64,000 nt of DNA from NCBI GenBank assembly GCA_964492845.1, contig CAZBMZ010000023.1:34530-98529 (forward strand), in the 5' to 3' direction. Each line of letters begins with the position of its first letter. The stretch's first letter is position 1. Below, in pieces: positions 1-11,082 of the stretch. This DNA is from an uncultured Clostridia bacterium. Lineage in GTDB: Bacteria; Acidobacteriota; Blastocatellia; Chloracidobacteriales; JADJPF01. The notes under the pieces were generated by a model. That model was not told the origin of the DNA and did no database searches. It worked only from the letters and a program-made list of their open reading frames with translations. The position numbers and the translations under genes are program-made.

Positions 1-1
1 T

Positions 2-703
2 ACTGTTTATGGAGAAATGCCAGAAAGCCTTAGCAAAAAACTAGGTATTGAAGGCGATAACAAGTTTTTTGCTACAGGAACATCCCTTGTTTTACATCCT
101 CATAATCCAATGATTCCAACTATTCATGCCAATTTTCGCTATTTAGAAAAAGGCGACGTTTCATGGTTTGGCGGTGGAACAGATTTAACGCCTTACTATC
201 CTTATAAAGAAGATGTTATTCACTTTCATCAAACCTTAAAACAAGCTTGTGATAAGCATGATAAAAGCTATTACCCTAAGTATAAAAAATGGTGCGATGA
301 GTATTTTACTATTAAACATCGTGATGAAATGCGGGGTGTAGGAGGAATTTTCTTTGATTACTTAAAAGAAAATATGGAGCAAACCTTTGCTTTTGTTCAA
401 GATGCGGGACAAGCTTTTCTACCTGCTTATTTACCTATTGTTGAAAAACGCCGCAGTGAAACTTTTACAGAAAGAGAGCGTCATTTTCAACTTCTTAGGC
501 GTGGTCGTTATGTAGAATTTAACTTAGTCTATGATCGTGGGACAATTTTTGGATTGGAAACTAAAGGTAGAATTGAGTCTATTTTAATGTCACTGCCAAC
601 CCTTGCCCGCTGGGATTATGACTATAAAGCTGAAGCAGGTAGCCGGGAAGAAGCTGCTATAGCCTGTTTTCAACCCCAAGATTGGCTAGGTTTAAAAAGT
701 TAA
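2..703 (+). CDS. hemF: Oxygen-dependent coproporphyrinogen III oxidase, 5'-partial (N-terminus lies outside the window)
   Basis: The reading frame is open from nt 2 with no upstream stop. HemF hallmark stretches are present: '[19 protein letters not shown]', '[13 protein letters not shown]', 'KKWCDEYF', '[16 protein letters not shown]', 'ESILMSLP'. Confidence 0.9.
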   Translation, partial: TVYGEMPESLSKKLGIEGDNKFFATGTSLVLHPHNPMIPTIHANFRYLEKGDVSWFGGGTDLTPYYPYKEDVIHFHQTLKQACDKHDKSYYPKYKKWCDEYFTIKHRDEMRGVGGIFFDYLKENMEQTFAFVQDAGQAFLPAYLPIVEKRRSETFTERERHFQLLRRGRYVEFNLVYDRGTIFGLETKGRIESILMSLPTLARWDYDYKAEAGSREEAAIACFQPQDWLGLKS

Positions 704-852
704 TACAGCAAAAACTTTGATTCTTAAGTCCTAAGATACCATATTAAACACATCTAATTAAGCATTTTATCACTCATAAATTACTTAATTATTTTTCTTC
801 TTTTCCTTAATTTCTGCTTAAATTCCTTTTTATCAAAGTCAAAAACAAACCA

Positions 853-897
853 AAAAGTGTCTTAAAGTATGTTTTGGGACACTTTTAAGACACTTTT
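853..897. promoter_or_regulatory. Perfect 14-bp inverted repeat AAAAGTGTCTTAAA (853-866) / TTTAAGACACTTTT (884-897). It carries three copies of GACACTTTT, one of them inverted. Candidate operator or weak terminator between hemF and the FG-GAP gene.
   Basis: Read directly from the sequence. GACACTTTT lies at 878-886 and 889-897, and its complement at 853-861. A related 'TAAGACAG' lies about 30 bp downstream. Confidence 0.35.
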
Positions 898-1068
898 CAC
901 ACAGCTATAAAACACATTATGTTCTATAAGACAGGTGTGTCAAAGATTACTAAAAACAGCTAACTCTTTTATACAGAGAATTTAACTTAAAAAATATTCT
1001 CTGGAATAAAAATAGCAATTAAGAAAACCGCTTTTTCCAGAATAAATTAATTAGATTATGAGGAAAAT

Positions 1069-4000
1069 ATGTTTTTAAAATTGCCCAATATAAATAGAAA
1101 ACTTTTTTTAGTAAGTTTTATTCTTTTGTTGACATTAACAACACAAATTTTAACCAATCAACATACAAATGCCCAAGAAATGGAGATTCAACCACTAGCA
1201 AGTGTTTCTTGTGGGACACCAGGCTTTAACCTTCCTACTAACATTGATATTGGAACAAATCCTTTTTCTGTATCAAAAGGAGATTTTAATAATGATGGAA
1301 TCACCGATTTAGTTACAGCTAATTTTAACGCTAATACTATTTCAATATTTTTAGGTAGTAGTTTAGGTGGTTTTTCTGCTGCAACAAACTTGCCTACAAA
1401 TGCAAGTCCAAGACGAGTTGCCGTAGCAGATTTTAATAATGATGGGGTGCAAGATTTAGCTGTAGCAAATCGTAATTCTACCAATCTTTCTTTTTTTCTT
1501 GGTAGCACTTCAACACCTGGCACTTTTACTGGCCCAACCAACATTCCTATTACAGCAATTGGTGTTTCTATAGATTCAGGAGATTTTAACCTTGATGGAA
1601 AACCTGATTTAGCTATAGCAACAGACCCTAATCTTGTTGTTGTTTTAATTGGTAACGGAACAGGAAGTTTTTTTGCTCCTACTACATTTACTACCTTACA
1701 ACCACCTAATTTTATAAATATCGCTGATATCAACAAAGATGGAAAACCTGATATAGTAACTTCTAGCCGTTCAGGTAGCATTTCTGTTTTACCTGGCAAT
1801 GGAATAGGGAGTTTTGGCGCGTCAATCAATACTATTACCAGTACAGATGCAGCTATTTTTTCATTAGGTGATATAAATTTAGATGGAAATTTAGACTTAA
1901 TTACAGCTAATTTACTTAATGCAAGTAGCTCAATTTTAATTGGTAATGGAACAGGAACATTTACAATAGCTACTGCTGTTACCACGCGAGCAAACCCAAC
2001 AGGTGTAGCCATTACGGATTTAGATTTAGATGGAAAAGCAGATTTAGCAATAACAAATTCTCTTTCCGCTAGCACATCTTTTTTTAAGGGTAATGGAGAT
2101 GGAACCTTTGGTGTTGCTAGAAATTTTTCTGTAGGAACAACACCAAATTTTATTATTACAGACGACCTTAACAAAGACGGCAAACTAGATTTAATAGTCT
2201 CTAATCAAGCTTCTAGAAATATTTCCATTCTAACCAATACTTTTAGCAGTGCTTGTATAACTCCTTCTTTTGCTGGTGTTAATGGTTTTCCAATTGGTAC
2301 AGACTCGCTTGGAAACACTGTTGGAGACTTTAATCTTGATGGTAAACAAGATGTAGTAGTTCTAAATGCTGCAAGTAATAATTTATCTATTTTATTAGGC
2401 ACAGGAACAGGAGGTTTTGCCCCAGGAATTTTAGTTTCTACAGGTGGTTTTAATCCAGATAATGCAGCCGTAGCAGATTTTAACAAAGATGGAAAACCTG
2501 ACTTAGCTGTCACAAATCGATTTTCTGATAGTTTAGCTATTTTGCTAGGTGATGGAACAGGCAATTTTCCAACGGTAAGCAACTTTCCTGTTGCAGGAGT
2601 AAACCCTAGTAGCTTGTCTATTGAAGATTTTAATCTTGATGGTAATCCTGATGTTGTAACAGGAAATGTTAATGGTGCTGGTAGTATTTCTGTATTTTTA
2701 GGAAATGGGACAACGCTTAATCCCACTCCAACAGTTACTAATGTTGGTCTAAATCCCAGTCTAACAACAGGTGATTTTAATAAAGATGGAAAAGCTGACA
2801 TTGCTGTTGCGGTATCTAGCCTTAACACTCTTAATATTTTGTTAGGTGATGGAACGGGCAATTTTCCTAGCACAAATACTATTGCATCTGGCGGTATGTC
2901 TCCATCTGTTCAAGAAGTTGGAGATTTTAACAGTGATGGAAATTTAGATTTACTTATCACTAATTTTTCTTCTGCTACAGGAAATGTTTTTTTAGGTAAT
3001 GGCCTTGGCAGTTTTACTTCAGGTCTTAGCATTGCTTCAGCACAAAGACTAAGATTTGCTGATTTTAACAGCGATGGAAAATTAGATATTTTTGCTGGTA
3101 CAGATATAGGTACTGGCTTAAAAATAGTTTTAGGTAATGGACTAGGTGGCATTCTTAATACAGTAAACTTACCTTTTAGCTTTGGAAATAGCTTTACTTT
3201 AGCTTTATCAGACTTTAACAATGATGCTCGTTTGGACTTAGGTTTTGTAGTTTCTGCTATTTCTGGAGCAAATAACTTTATGTTGCGATTAAGTAATTGT
3301 ATAGGCGCACCTAATTCTATTTCCGTTCTAGCTGGATCTGGACAAAGCACAAGTATAACTACAAACTTTCCAACACAATTACAAGCACAGGTTTTTGATA
3401 TAAATAATCAAGCTATACCAAATGCAAGTGTAGCTTTTAATTCTCCTGATAGTGGGCCAAGTGGTACTTTTTCAAATTCAACAACAGCAATTGTCAATAC
3501 TAATACTAGCGGAATAGCTACAGCACCAACATTTACAGCTAATACCATTGTAGGTAGTTATTTAGTAACTGCTAGTGTCAACAATGGAAGCGTTAATGTT
3601 TGCACATTCTTTTCTTTAAGCAACATTGCTATTTTAGAAAATGGCACTATTTATGTTGCAGATACGCTTAACAACCGTATTCAAAAGACATCAAATGATG
3701 GAGTTAGCTGGTCAATGGTTGGTTTTGGCCCTGGGTTAAATCCTGGTCAATTTAACCGTCCACGCTCAGTAGTTGCCGATAGCACAGGATCTATCATATT
3801 TGTTGCAGATACAGCAAATAACCGCATTCAACGCTCTACGGATTCAGGAAATACTTGGTCAATACTAGCTGGCCCAGGTCTTTTAGCTGGTCAAGTTAAT
3901 GCTCCAGAAGGCTTAGCTTACAATTCTATAACAAATACTCTATATATTGCAGATACAGCAAATAATCGTATTCAAGTTGTTGCTAATGCTTCTAGTGCTG

Positions 4001-4515
4001 CTCCTGTTATTTCAATATTTGCTAATGCAACTGCTGGTGCAACAATAGGAAAAGTTAATAAACCTACGGCTGTTGCTGTTGATATACAAGGGCGCGTTTA
4101 TGTTGCGGATACTTTTAATAATCGTATTCAAATCAATGTTGATTCTACACCAACAGGTTGGCAGATTTTTGCTGATGCAACGGCTGGAACTAGTATAGGT
4201 AAAGTCAACATGCCTCGAGGTATTTTTGTTACTTCAACAAACCATGTTTATATTGCAGATACAAACAATAATCGCATTCAAGTTAATAAAACTGGTGCTG
4301 CAAGTGGTTGGATGGTGTTTATGCCAGCCGGTACTGCTGTTGGTAGTGTTAATGCTCCTCAAGGTGTAACAGTTTCTCTCTCCGGCAATGCTTTTATTGG
4401 AGACACTGCTAATAATCGCATTCAAAGAAAATCTATAACAACAAATATTACTTCTACCGTAGGATTTCCAGGCCTTTCTATAGGCCAATTTAATCAACCT
4501 ACAGGAGTCCGTTAA
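1069..4515 (+). CDS. Secreted multi-domain surface protein: signal peptide, more than 14 FG-GAP/VCBS repeats, an Ig-like region and a C-terminal NHL beta-propeller
   Basis: Hydrophobic N-terminus 'LFLVSFILLLTLTTQIL'. The motif 'GDFNxDGxxDLxxxN' recurs many times. The C-terminal half has six copies of '(V/I)ADTxNNRIQ', typical of NHL repeats. Confidence 0.85.
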   Translation: MFLKLPNINRKLFLVSFILLLTLTTQILTNQHTNAQEMEIQPLASVSCGTPGFNLPTNIDIGTNPFSVSKGDFNNDGITDLVTANFNANTISIFLGSSLGGFSAATNLPTNASPRRVAVADFNNDGVQDLAVANRNSTNLSFFLGSTSTPGTFTGPTNIPITAIGVSIDSGDFNLDGKPDLAIATDPNLVVVLIGNGTGSFFAPTTFTTLQPPNFINIADINKDGKPDIVTSSRSGSISVLPGNGIGSFGASINTITSTDAAIFSLGDINLDGNLDLITANLLNASSSILIGNGTGTFTIATAVTTRANPTGVAITDLDLDGKADLAITNSLSASTSFFKGNGDGTFGVARNFSVGTTPNFIITDDLNKDGKLDLIVSNQASRNISILTNTFSSACITPSFAGVNGFPIGTDSLGNTVGDFNLDGKQDVVVLNAASNNLSILLGTGTGGFAPGILVSTGGFNPDNAAVADFNKDGKPDLAVTNRFSDSLAILLGDGTGNFPTVSNFPVAGVNPSSLSIEDFNLDGNPDVVTGNVNGAGSISVFLGNGTTLNPTPTVTNVGLNPSLTTGDFNKDGKADIAVAVSSLNTLNILLGDGTGNFPSTNTIASGGMSPSVQEVGDFNSDGNLDLLITNFSSATGNVFLGNGLGSFTSGLSIASAQRLRFADFNSDGKLDIFAGTDIGTGLKIVLGNGLGGILNTVNLPFSFGNSFTLALSDFNNDARLDLGFVVSAISGANNFMLRLSNCIGAPNSISVLAGSGQSTSITTNFPTQLQAQVFDINNQAIPNASVAFNSPDSGPSGTFSNSTTAIVNTNTSGIATAPTFTANTIVGSYLVTASVNNGSVNVCTFFSLSNIAILENGTIYVADTLNNRIQKTSNDGVSWSMVGFGPGLNPGQFNRPRSVVADSTGSIIFVADTANNRIQRSTDSGNTWSILAGPGLLAGQVNAPEGLAYNSITNTLYIADTANNRIQVVANASSAAPVISIFANATAGATIGKVNKPTAVAVDIQGRVYVADTFNNRIQINVDSTPTGWQIFADATAGTSIGKVNMPRGIFVTSTNHVYIADTNNNRIQVNKTGAASGWMVFMPAGTAVGSVNAPQGVTVSLSGNAFIGDTANNRIQRKSITTNITSTVGFPGLSIGQFNQPTGVR

Positions 4516-4534
4516 AAGAACCAATCCAATAAAA

Positions 4535-4578
4535 CACAAAATTATTTTTCTAGAAGTATCTGGAAAAATAATTTTGTG
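4535..4578 (+). repeat. Perfect 16-bp inverted repeat CACAAAATTATTTTTC / GAAAAATAATTTTGTG with a 12-nt loop, 20 nt after the FG-GAP gene stop
   Basis: Arms at 4535-4550 and 4563-4578 are exact reverse complements. No U-run follows, so the function is unclear (first terminator hairpin or a protein-binding site). Confidence 0.5.
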
Positions 4579-4596
4579 CTGAACCCCTCATTTATA

Positions 4597-4647
4597 AGCC
4601 TAAAGTTTAAGAAGAAAGTTTTTCTTAACTTTAGGTTTTTATTTTTT
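4597..4647 (+). terminator. Rho-independent terminator of the FG-GAP/NHL gene
   Basis: The stem pairs CCTAAAGTT(T)AAGAA with TTCTTAACTTTAGG and has one bulge. It is followed by TTTTTATTTTTT (4636-4647). Confidence 0.7.
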
Positions 4648-4784
4648 AATATTTGTAATTAATTGATAATAAATTTAGTTACTAACTTTTCTTTTATATT
4701 CCTACTCTTGACTACAACCAATTAACTTTTGCCCAATTAAAAGCTAAACTTAGGACTTTACTAAAATTTTTTCTTGGGTAAACA

Positions 4785-7700
4785 ATGGACGGACAAATTA
4801 AAAACGCGCTAAAAAAACACTTAAAAGGTATTACTGAAGCTACTTTAGATGGTCTAATGGTTAAGTTAAATTTAATTCCAGCAGATCGAGTTTTCTTAGT
4901 TATAGACCTAACTACTTCACTTGCAGCTATTTCGCTACGTTCAGCAATGGAATTTTTAAGCGTTGTGCCAGAAGTTTCCAGGCTAATAGGACAAAGTGAA
5001 TTACGCACATGGGGAGAAATAGGTAAGCGTCTGGCCTCTACTAGTCCAGAGGCAGCAATTGATTTTTTCCAATCTAGTTTACCTATATTAAATGCTATTA
5101 AACCCAGCTTTTTACTTCGTTCTTTGACTTTAATTTCCCGCCAAGCAGCACTTTCAACAACCTTAGCTGTAGATTGTTTTAAGTCTTTTCCTGAAGTATT
5201 AGCAAGATTTAAGGAAGAACCCATAACGGCCAGGATACTAAATCTTTGTTATGAAGTATCTCAACATTCTGTTAAACATAGTTGTGATTTACTTCGCAAG
5301 GCTCCAGATGTAATTAACCATTTACGGACGATAGAAGATTATGAAAATAAGTTAATTAACCAAATGCTAGATTTAACTACCTCTTTTGTACATAGATCTG
5401 GAGGAACGGCAGCAGAATTTTTTATTTCTATTCCAGAAGTCCTAACCTTACACACTCGTTATGCTTGGCCTAAATTATTTGCTCACACTTACACTTTTTT
5501 AGATAAAAGTGGAGGTGTAGCACTACAATATTTTCGTGCAGCAGGAAAAATTCTAGCTCTAGCCAATGAACAAGCTTTTGAAAATTGGACTCAATTAAGT
5601 TTGCTAGTAGTCTCACAAGGTAATGCTACTGGATATCATTTCTTAAAAACTAGCCCTAAAGTTTTTCTTTCCTTAGCTCGCTCTAGCGACACAGAACGAA
5701 ACACTTACATTATTAATAAAGTTCTAAAAATAGTGATAGAGATTAGCAACACTAGTGCTAACTCGGCTGTAGAGTGTTTTAAGGCTAGTCCAGTTGCACT
5801 TAGACAAGCTTCCATTGAACAATTTGAACAATGGGCATTACAAGGTTTAGAGCTTTATGGAAAAGATAGCCGTCGAGCAAGTGCCTATTATGGACTAGAA
5901 TCTAATCGTAGCCGCGAAGCACTTCACAAGAGCGAAGGAGGGCTTACTTTAGAATCAATTTCCCAAACTTTGCGCTTGTATGTTGAAGGTTTAACTGGAC
6001 GTGAGCTAGTAATTAAACCTATTAATGATATACCTAATGATTTTAAGATTGGCGATGGACGGACAATTTTGCTTCCATCAGCAATTACAGAATTTGAAGA
6101 CGAAGCCAGCAACTTTAAGCTTTACAAAGCTTTAGCCGCTCATGCTGCTGGACAAGTAGAATTTGGAACTTATGCTAGTGATTTAGAACCACTACAAGCG
6201 GCTAAAGTAGAAATAATTACTCAATTTCAAAGTCACCCTAAGAAAAAGAATGCGCCTGCTACAAGTTTTAATAATTTTTTAGGTATTTTAGAAAACTTTC
6301 CTAATACTAAATTAGCACAACATCTTTTTACATCTTTAGAAAATGGGCGAATTGACCGTTGTTTACGCCAAAATTATAGAGGTTTAAGAAGAGAGCTTGA
6401 TTTTGTACGTAGTCGTTTAGAAAAATCTCGGCCAAATTTTAATGAGCTATCAAAAGAACTTGTTGTATTTGAAATGCTCTTTCAAGAAGCTATTTTAGGT
6501 GGAATGTCAAGTGTTGCTAAAGATTGCTATCCCCAACTAGCACAAGAAATTGAAGCAACATTTGATAGTTATATTAACCATAGCACTACTGTAGCAGATA
6601 GCTTAATGGCAACGCTAAAACTTTATAAATTTTTAGACAAGGCTGATAATTCAGAAGAAGTTGAAATGGAGTCAGAAAAAAATAGCGACCAGTCCGGTCA
6701 GTCAGAAAGCGACATGGGCGGACAAGAGGAAGCAAATAATCCCCCTCAACAGCATTCTTCAAGTAAAACTTTGAATGAACCTTTTAGCTATTGGTCACCT
6801 ACCTTAGAGCCAATTGTTAACCCAGCAGATGAAATTTTAGCTAGTTTAGCAACTGAAATAGAAATGCCTGAACAAGGCTTAGAACCGGGAGATAAAGCTT
6901 TTTTCTATGATGAATGGGATCGTGATCTAGGCGATTATCGCACCCGCTGGTGTAGAGTTATTGAACGTCGCAACACTTTTGGTAACCGTAGTTTTGTTGA
7001 TGGTGTAAAGGGTCGTTATGCTGGTGTTATTTCTTCAATTAGACATCAATTCCAAATGCTTCGTCCTGAAAACTTACGTAAAATTATGGGTGAACTAGAT
7101 GGGGATGATTATGATCTTCAAGCTTTGATTGATTATGCAATTGATCGTCGATCGTCTGGTCTAGTATCCGAGCGTATTTATACTCGTAAATTACGCCGTC
7201 AACGTGATGTAATGGTTTCTTTTTTGCTAGATATGTCTAGCTCAACGGCTCGCACAATTAGCCGCTATCCAAATCAGCCTTACTCTAAACCTGGACAAAG
7301 AATTATTGATATTGAAAAAGAGGGGCTAGTCTTGATGAGTGAAGCATTAGAAGCCGTTGGTGATAGATATTCTATCCAAGGATTTACTAGCGAAGGACGA
7401 CGGAATGTAAAGTTTTATGTAGTTAAAGATTTTAATGAGCTTTACTCTGAAGAAGTAGCAAAAAGAATTGGTGGTATTACTTATCAAAATAATACTCGTT
7501 TAGGTGCTGCAATTCGTCATGCTACGGCAAGACTAGAAAAACAAGATGCTAGAACTAAGCTTTTAATAGTTTTAAGCGATGGCCGCCCCTATGACCATGA
7601 CTATGGAGATTCTCGCTATGCCCGTGAAGACACCAAAATTGCGCTTCGTCAGGCCAAAATTGCTAATATCACACCGTTTTGTATAACCATTGATCGAGAA

Positions 7701-7811
7701 TCTGAAGAACAACTTCGGGATTTATATGGTGAAGTAGGCTATACCATTATTGATAATGTTTTAAGCTTGCCTGAACGTATGCCTAGCATTTATCGGCGGC
7801 TAACAACTTAA
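4785..7811 (+). CDS. NorD/CbbO-like von Willebrand factor A (vWA) domain protein with a long helical-repeat N-terminal region and an acidic linker
   Basis: The C-terminal vWA/MIDAS region reads '[13 protein letters not shown]...IQGFTSEG...[10 protein letters not shown]...[16 protein letters not shown]'. It is preceded by '[19 protein letters not shown]', typical of NorD/CbbO. The N-terminus has about 9 helical units with a recurring 'SGG.A..FF...PEVL'-like motif. Confidence 0.75.
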   Translation: MDGQIKNALKKHLKGITEATLDGLMVKLNLIPADRVFLVIDLTTSLAAISLRSAMEFLSVVPEVSRLIGQSELRTWGEIGKRLASTSPEAAIDFFQSSLPILNAIKPSFLLRSLTLISRQAALSTTLAVDCFKSFPEVLARFKEEPITARILNLCYEVSQHSVKHSCDLLRKAPDVINHLRTIEDYENKLINQMLDLTTSFVHRSGGTAAEFFISIPEVLTLHTRYAWPKLFAHTYTFLDKSGGVALQYFRAAGKILALANEQAFENWTQLSLLVVSQGNATGYHFLKTSPKVFLSLARSSDTERNTYIINKVLKIVIEISNTSANSAVECFKASPVALRQASIEQFEQWALQGLELYGKDSRRASAYYGLESNRSREALHKSEGGLTLESISQTLRLYVEGLTGRELVIKPINDIPNDFKIGDGRTILLPSAITEFEDEASNFKLYKALAAHAAGQVEFGTYASDLEPLQAAKVEIITQFQSHPKKKNAPATSFNNFLGILENFPNTKLAQHLFTSLENGRIDRCLRQNYRGLRRELDFVRSRLEKSRPNFNELSKELVVFEMLFQEAILGGMSSVAKDCYPQLAQEIEATFDSYINHSTTVADSLMATLKLYKFLDKADNSEEVEMESEKNSDQSGQSESDMGGQEEANNPPQQHSSSKTLNEPFSYWSPTLEPIVNPADEILASLATEIEMPEQGLEPGDKAFFYDEWDRDLGDYRTRWCRVIERRNTFGNRSFVDGVKGRYAGVISSIRHQFQMLRPENLRKIMGELDGDDYDLQALIDYAIDRRSSGLVSERIYTRKLRRQRDVMVSFLLDMSSSTARTISRYPNQPYSKPGQRIIDIEKEGLVLMSEALEAVGDRYSIQGFTSEGRRNVKFYVVKDFNELYSEEVAKRIGGITYQNNTRLGAAIRHATARLEKQDARTKLLIVLSDGRPYDHDYGDSRYAREDTKIALRQAKIANITPFCITIDRESEEQLRDLYGEVGYTIIDNVLSLPERMPSIYRRLTT

Positions 7812-8012
7812 AAAGCTTTAGCAGCAAAAATCTCGCTAACAAAATACTAATAATAAGAAAAAGATAGTTATAATATTATGGCTACTTTTTCTTTATTATC
7901 ACAACAATTATCAATAATAATCACTGCGTAATTTGATAATTGATTTAACACCATTAACGGCTTATAAACTATTGATTTTGTTTATAAAAATTATTGATTT
8001 AAGGAAGATAAC

Positions 8013-11000
8013 ATGGATGCAAAGAAAAAATTATTATTGATGGGATTAGCTTGTTTACTTGCAATTACCTGGCCGCTAACAGAGCGTTTAACTTATGGTC
8101 AAACGGCTGGAGCCACTACAGCAAATTTAGCTGGAGTAATTAGAGACTCAGACTTAGCTTTAATTAGCGGTGCGCAAATAACAATTAAAAACATTAGCAC
8201 TGGACTAGTCAGAGAAACGGCTTCTGATAGCCAAGGGGATTTTTATTTATCACAACTCTTACCAGGGGACTACGAAATAATTGTTAGTGCTGAAGGGTTT
8301 GACACTGCTACCACAACCTTAAATCTAACATTAGGTAATACTAACACTATTAGCATTAATTTAAGAGTTGGTAATGTTAACAATGTTGTGGAAGTAACCG
8401 CAGATACTTTTAGCGAAGCAAGAACAGATAATAATGTTAATATTTCTCGTCAACGTATTGATGCTTTGCCAATTAATCGTCGAGATTTTTTAGATTTTAC
8501 TTTGACATCTTCCAGAGTTGTAAGAGATCGACTTCCAGCACAAGGCGTAGCAGCAACTTCAGGACTTTCATTTAATGGACAAACCGCTAGATTTAATAAC
8601 ATTACAATTGATGGTTTAGCCAATAATGATATTGCTTCTGGTTCAGTTAGAGCAACATTTAGTCAGGAAGCTGTTCAAGAATTTCAAATTCTACCAGATG
8701 GAACATCTGCCGAGTTTGGCCGCGCTTTAGGTGGTATTGTTAACATTGTGACTCGTGGCGGGACAAATCAACCTCATGGAACATTATTTTTCCTTAACCG
8801 CAGTGATGAACTTAGTGCGCGAGATGCTTTTGCTGCTAGCAAACCACCTTTTTCACAATATCAATTTGGGGCTTCTGTCAGTGGGCCAATAAAGAAAGAT
8901 CGTGTATTTTTCTTTGCTAATTTTGAAAGACTAACCTTAAAACAAAATAATATTGTTGCAGCTAGAGATCAGGTAGTTCAAGCACTACGCAATCGAGGTT
9001 TTGCGGCTGCTAATGGGGCAATACCTTTTAGTGTTGGTACAACATCGGTTTTAGCTAGAGTTGATGCTCAAGTAACACCTAATGACCGGTTAAATATAAG
9101 GTATAACTTTGGTGGTGGCTATAATGGGCAATTTGAACCGTTTGGTGGACGTTTTGGACAAACCAATAGTGCTATTGAACGTGTTACAGATAATTCTGTA
9201 GCTCTTAACAATACTTATATTAATACTAGGCTAAATTTAACTAATGAAACTCGCTTTTTATATGGCAATCGTAGTCAGCGAGTTGCTGCTATTGATAATG
9301 GCCCTACAGTTGAAATAGTTGATTCTGGTACTAGCAATATTTTTGGCCGAAATGTATTTACTCCACAACTTAGAGAAGAAAGAATTTACCAAATTGTCAA
9401 TAACATCACCTTGAATAAAGGCATTAATCAAATAAAGTTTGGTGTAGATTATAACTATATTGGCGCACCTGAAGGAGAATCAAATTTTAGCTTTACCAAT
9501 TCTGGAATTGCTTTTTTCCAACCTCTAGATTTTTCTGCTCTTACAGGAATACCAGGACTACCTAGTTTTACTCCTATAGAAGCACTAGATCCTTCTGTTC
9601 GTAGCCCTCAACAACAAGCTTTTCTTCAACTCGCAGCGGCTCAAGCCCCTTTATTGTTTCCAGGTTTTCCAAGTAATTTTCCTCTTACTAGTAGTTCTTT
9701 GCCCATAGCCTTTGCTCAAAGCTTTGGTAATCTAAGACAATCCGTACCTGCTTCTTTGTTTGCTGCTTTTGTTCAAAATGACATTAAAGTAAGCTCTAAT
9801 CTGCTAATCAAAGCTGGTATACGCTATGATATAAATCGTGTACGTTTTACCCCTAATAATAATGGGAATATTAGCCCAAGATTAGCTATTTCTTATCGTC
9901 CAAATAAAATTGAAAGATTAAATCTAAGGGCTTCTTATGGTTTATATTATGGTAATCCAGTATTTGGATCAGCCGTAATTGCTGGTCAAAGTCAAAGAGG
10001 CCAATTTCAGCTACCTGTAGCTTTATTTCCTTTTTCAATTATTCCTTTTTCTCAACCTGGTAACCGCTTCCCTATCTCAGACACTATTCCTTCAAACTTC
10101 CAATTTATTCCACAACTTGCACTTTCTTTCCAATATGACCCAAATTTACGTAATAGTTATAGTCAGCAAGTTAGTGCTGGATTTGATTATTTAATTAATA
10201 ATCAGACGCTATTTTCTGCTAATTATAATTATGTAAGAGGGTTAAAATTATTTGCTGCTCGTCGTATTAATCCAGTGGTTCGCCCTGTTCCAAATTCTGT
10301 TATTGAAAGTCGGGTAACAGGTAGAGTTGATCCAACTCGTGGAGATGTTACAGAGTTTCAATCTGCGTTTGACAGTTATTATCATGGTTTAACTGTTCTA
10401 TTTGAACGTAGATTTACTAGTAACGTAGGAATATTTATGAGTTATACCTTGTCTAAGACTATAGATAACCTCTTTGATATTCGTACAGATACCGCAGATA
10501 CAGCCGTAGACACATTAAAACCTGGTGATGAACGCGGACTTTCTATTCAAGATGTACGTAATCGTTTTGTACTCTCTGGAAGTTGGAAATTAAATTACAC
10601 CAAAAACCCATTTCTAAGAGATTTTCAAGTTTCTAGTATTATTACTTTAGAATCTGGAAGACCTTATAATTTATTGGCTGGTTCAGACTTAAATATGAAT
10701 GGGGATCAAGGAGATCGTCCTTTGGTTGGTGGCGTTCCAATAGGACGTAATCAAGGTATTACTCCAGGTTTTACCAATGTTGATTTACGGCTATTTCGTA
10801 GTGTAAAAATCAAGGAAAACTATCAAATTCAAGCATTTATTGAAGGGTTTAATATATTTAACCAATTTAATGTTGCTCGATTTGGTAATCTTTTTCAGCC
10901 TGATGCTAATGGTAATTTTAACTTGCCAGCAAAAGACGGTCGTCGATTTAGTTTACCTAAAGAAAGATTTTTAAGTGCTTTTTCTCCTAGACAATTTCAA

Positions 11001-11024
11001 TTTGGAATTAAACTGCTCTTCTAG
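8013..11024 (+). CDS. TonB-dependent receptor-like outer-membrane beta-barrel with an N-terminal carboxypeptidase-regulatory-like domain
   Basis: Signal peptide present. CarboxypepD_reg-like segment 'GAQITIKNISTGLVRETASDSQGDFYLSQLLPGDYEIIVSAEGF'. Plug-like segment 'ISRQRIDALPINRRDFLDF'. About 1000 aa rich in beta-strand sequence, ending in a C-terminal Phe ('FGIKLLF'). RBS AAGGAAG upstream. Confidence 0.8.
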   Translation: MDAKKKLLLMGLACLLAITWPLTERLTYGQTAGATTANLAGVIRDSDLALISGAQITIKNISTGLVRETASDSQGDFYLSQLLPGDYEIIVSAEGFDTATTTLNLTLGNTNTISINLRVGNVNNVVEVTADTFSEARTDNNVNISRQRIDALPINRRDFLDFTLTSSRVVRDRLPAQGVAATSGLSFNGQTARFNNITIDGLANNDIASGSVRATFSQEAVQEFQILPDGTSAEFGRALGGIVNIVTRGGTNQPHGTLFFLNRSDELSARDAFAASKPPFSQYQFGASVSGPIKKDRVFFFANFERLTLKQNNIVAARDQVVQALRNRGFAAANGAIPFSVGTTSVLARVDAQVTPNDRLNIRYNFGGGYNGQFEPFGGRFGQTNSAIERVTDNSVALNNTYINTRLNLTNETRFLYGNRSQRVAAIDNGPTVEIVDSGTSNIFGRNVFTPQLREERIYQIVNNITLNKGINQIKFGVDYNYIGAPEGESNFSFTNSGIAFFQPLDFSALTGIPGLPSFTPIEALDPSVRSPQQQAFLQLAAAQAPLLFPGFPSNFPLTSSSLPIAFAQSFGNLRQSVPASLFAAFVQNDIKVSSNLLIKAGIRYDINRVRFTPNNNGNISPRLAISYRPNKIERLNLRASYGLYYGNPVFGSAVIAGQSQRGQFQLPVALFPFSIIPFSQPGNRFPISDTIPSNFQFIPQLALSFQYDPNLRNSYSQQVSAGFDYLINNQTLFSANYNYVRGLKLFAARRINPVVRPVPNSVIESRVTGRVDPTRGDVTEFQSAFDSYYHGLTVLFERRFTSNVGIFMSYTLSKTIDNLFDIRTDTADTAVDTLKPGDERGLSIQDVRNRFVLSGSWKLNYTKNPFLRDFQVSSIITLESGRPYNLLAGSDLNMNGDQGDRPLVGGVPIGRNQGITPGFTNVDLRLFRSVKIKENYQIQAFIEGFNIFNQFNVARFGNLFQPDANGNFNLPAKDGRRFSLPKERFLSAFSPRQFQFGIKLLF

Positions 11025-11037
11025 AAAGTAGTTAAAT

Positions 11038-11071
11038 AAAACAAGCCTCAAAATATTTTGGGGCTTGTTTT
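11038..11071. terminator. Bidirectional intrinsic terminator between the convergent TonB-receptor and mglA genes
   Basis: Near-perfect palindrome AAAACAAGCCTCAAAAT/ATTTTGGGGCTTGTTTT. A-runs and T-runs flank it on both sides. Confidence 0.75.
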
Positions 11072-11082
11072 ACATACTTTGC

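Noticed and set aside
1188-4539. Long minus-strand ORFs (1188-2183, 2205-2873, 2910-3350, 4234-4539) inside the FG-GAP/NHL gene
   Set aside because: They are antisense to a gene with strong repeat and domain evidence. Their translations are low-complexity Lys/Pro/Ser/Leu strings typical of the reverse frame of Gly/Asp/Asn-rich repeats. No RBS or motif is present.
4712-5224. 170-aa minus-strand ORF overlapping the start of the vWA gene
   Set aside because: It is a shadow ORF antisense to the 5' end of a 1008-aa gene. It has no recognisable motifs, and the terminator at 4597-4647 belongs to the plus strand.
7860-7905. Imperfect inverted repeat AAGAAAAAGATAG / CTACTTTTTCTT after the vWA gene, considered as a terminator
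   Set aside because: The stem is bulged, entirely A/T-rich and lacks a clear U-tract. It is plausible but too weak to list as a feature.
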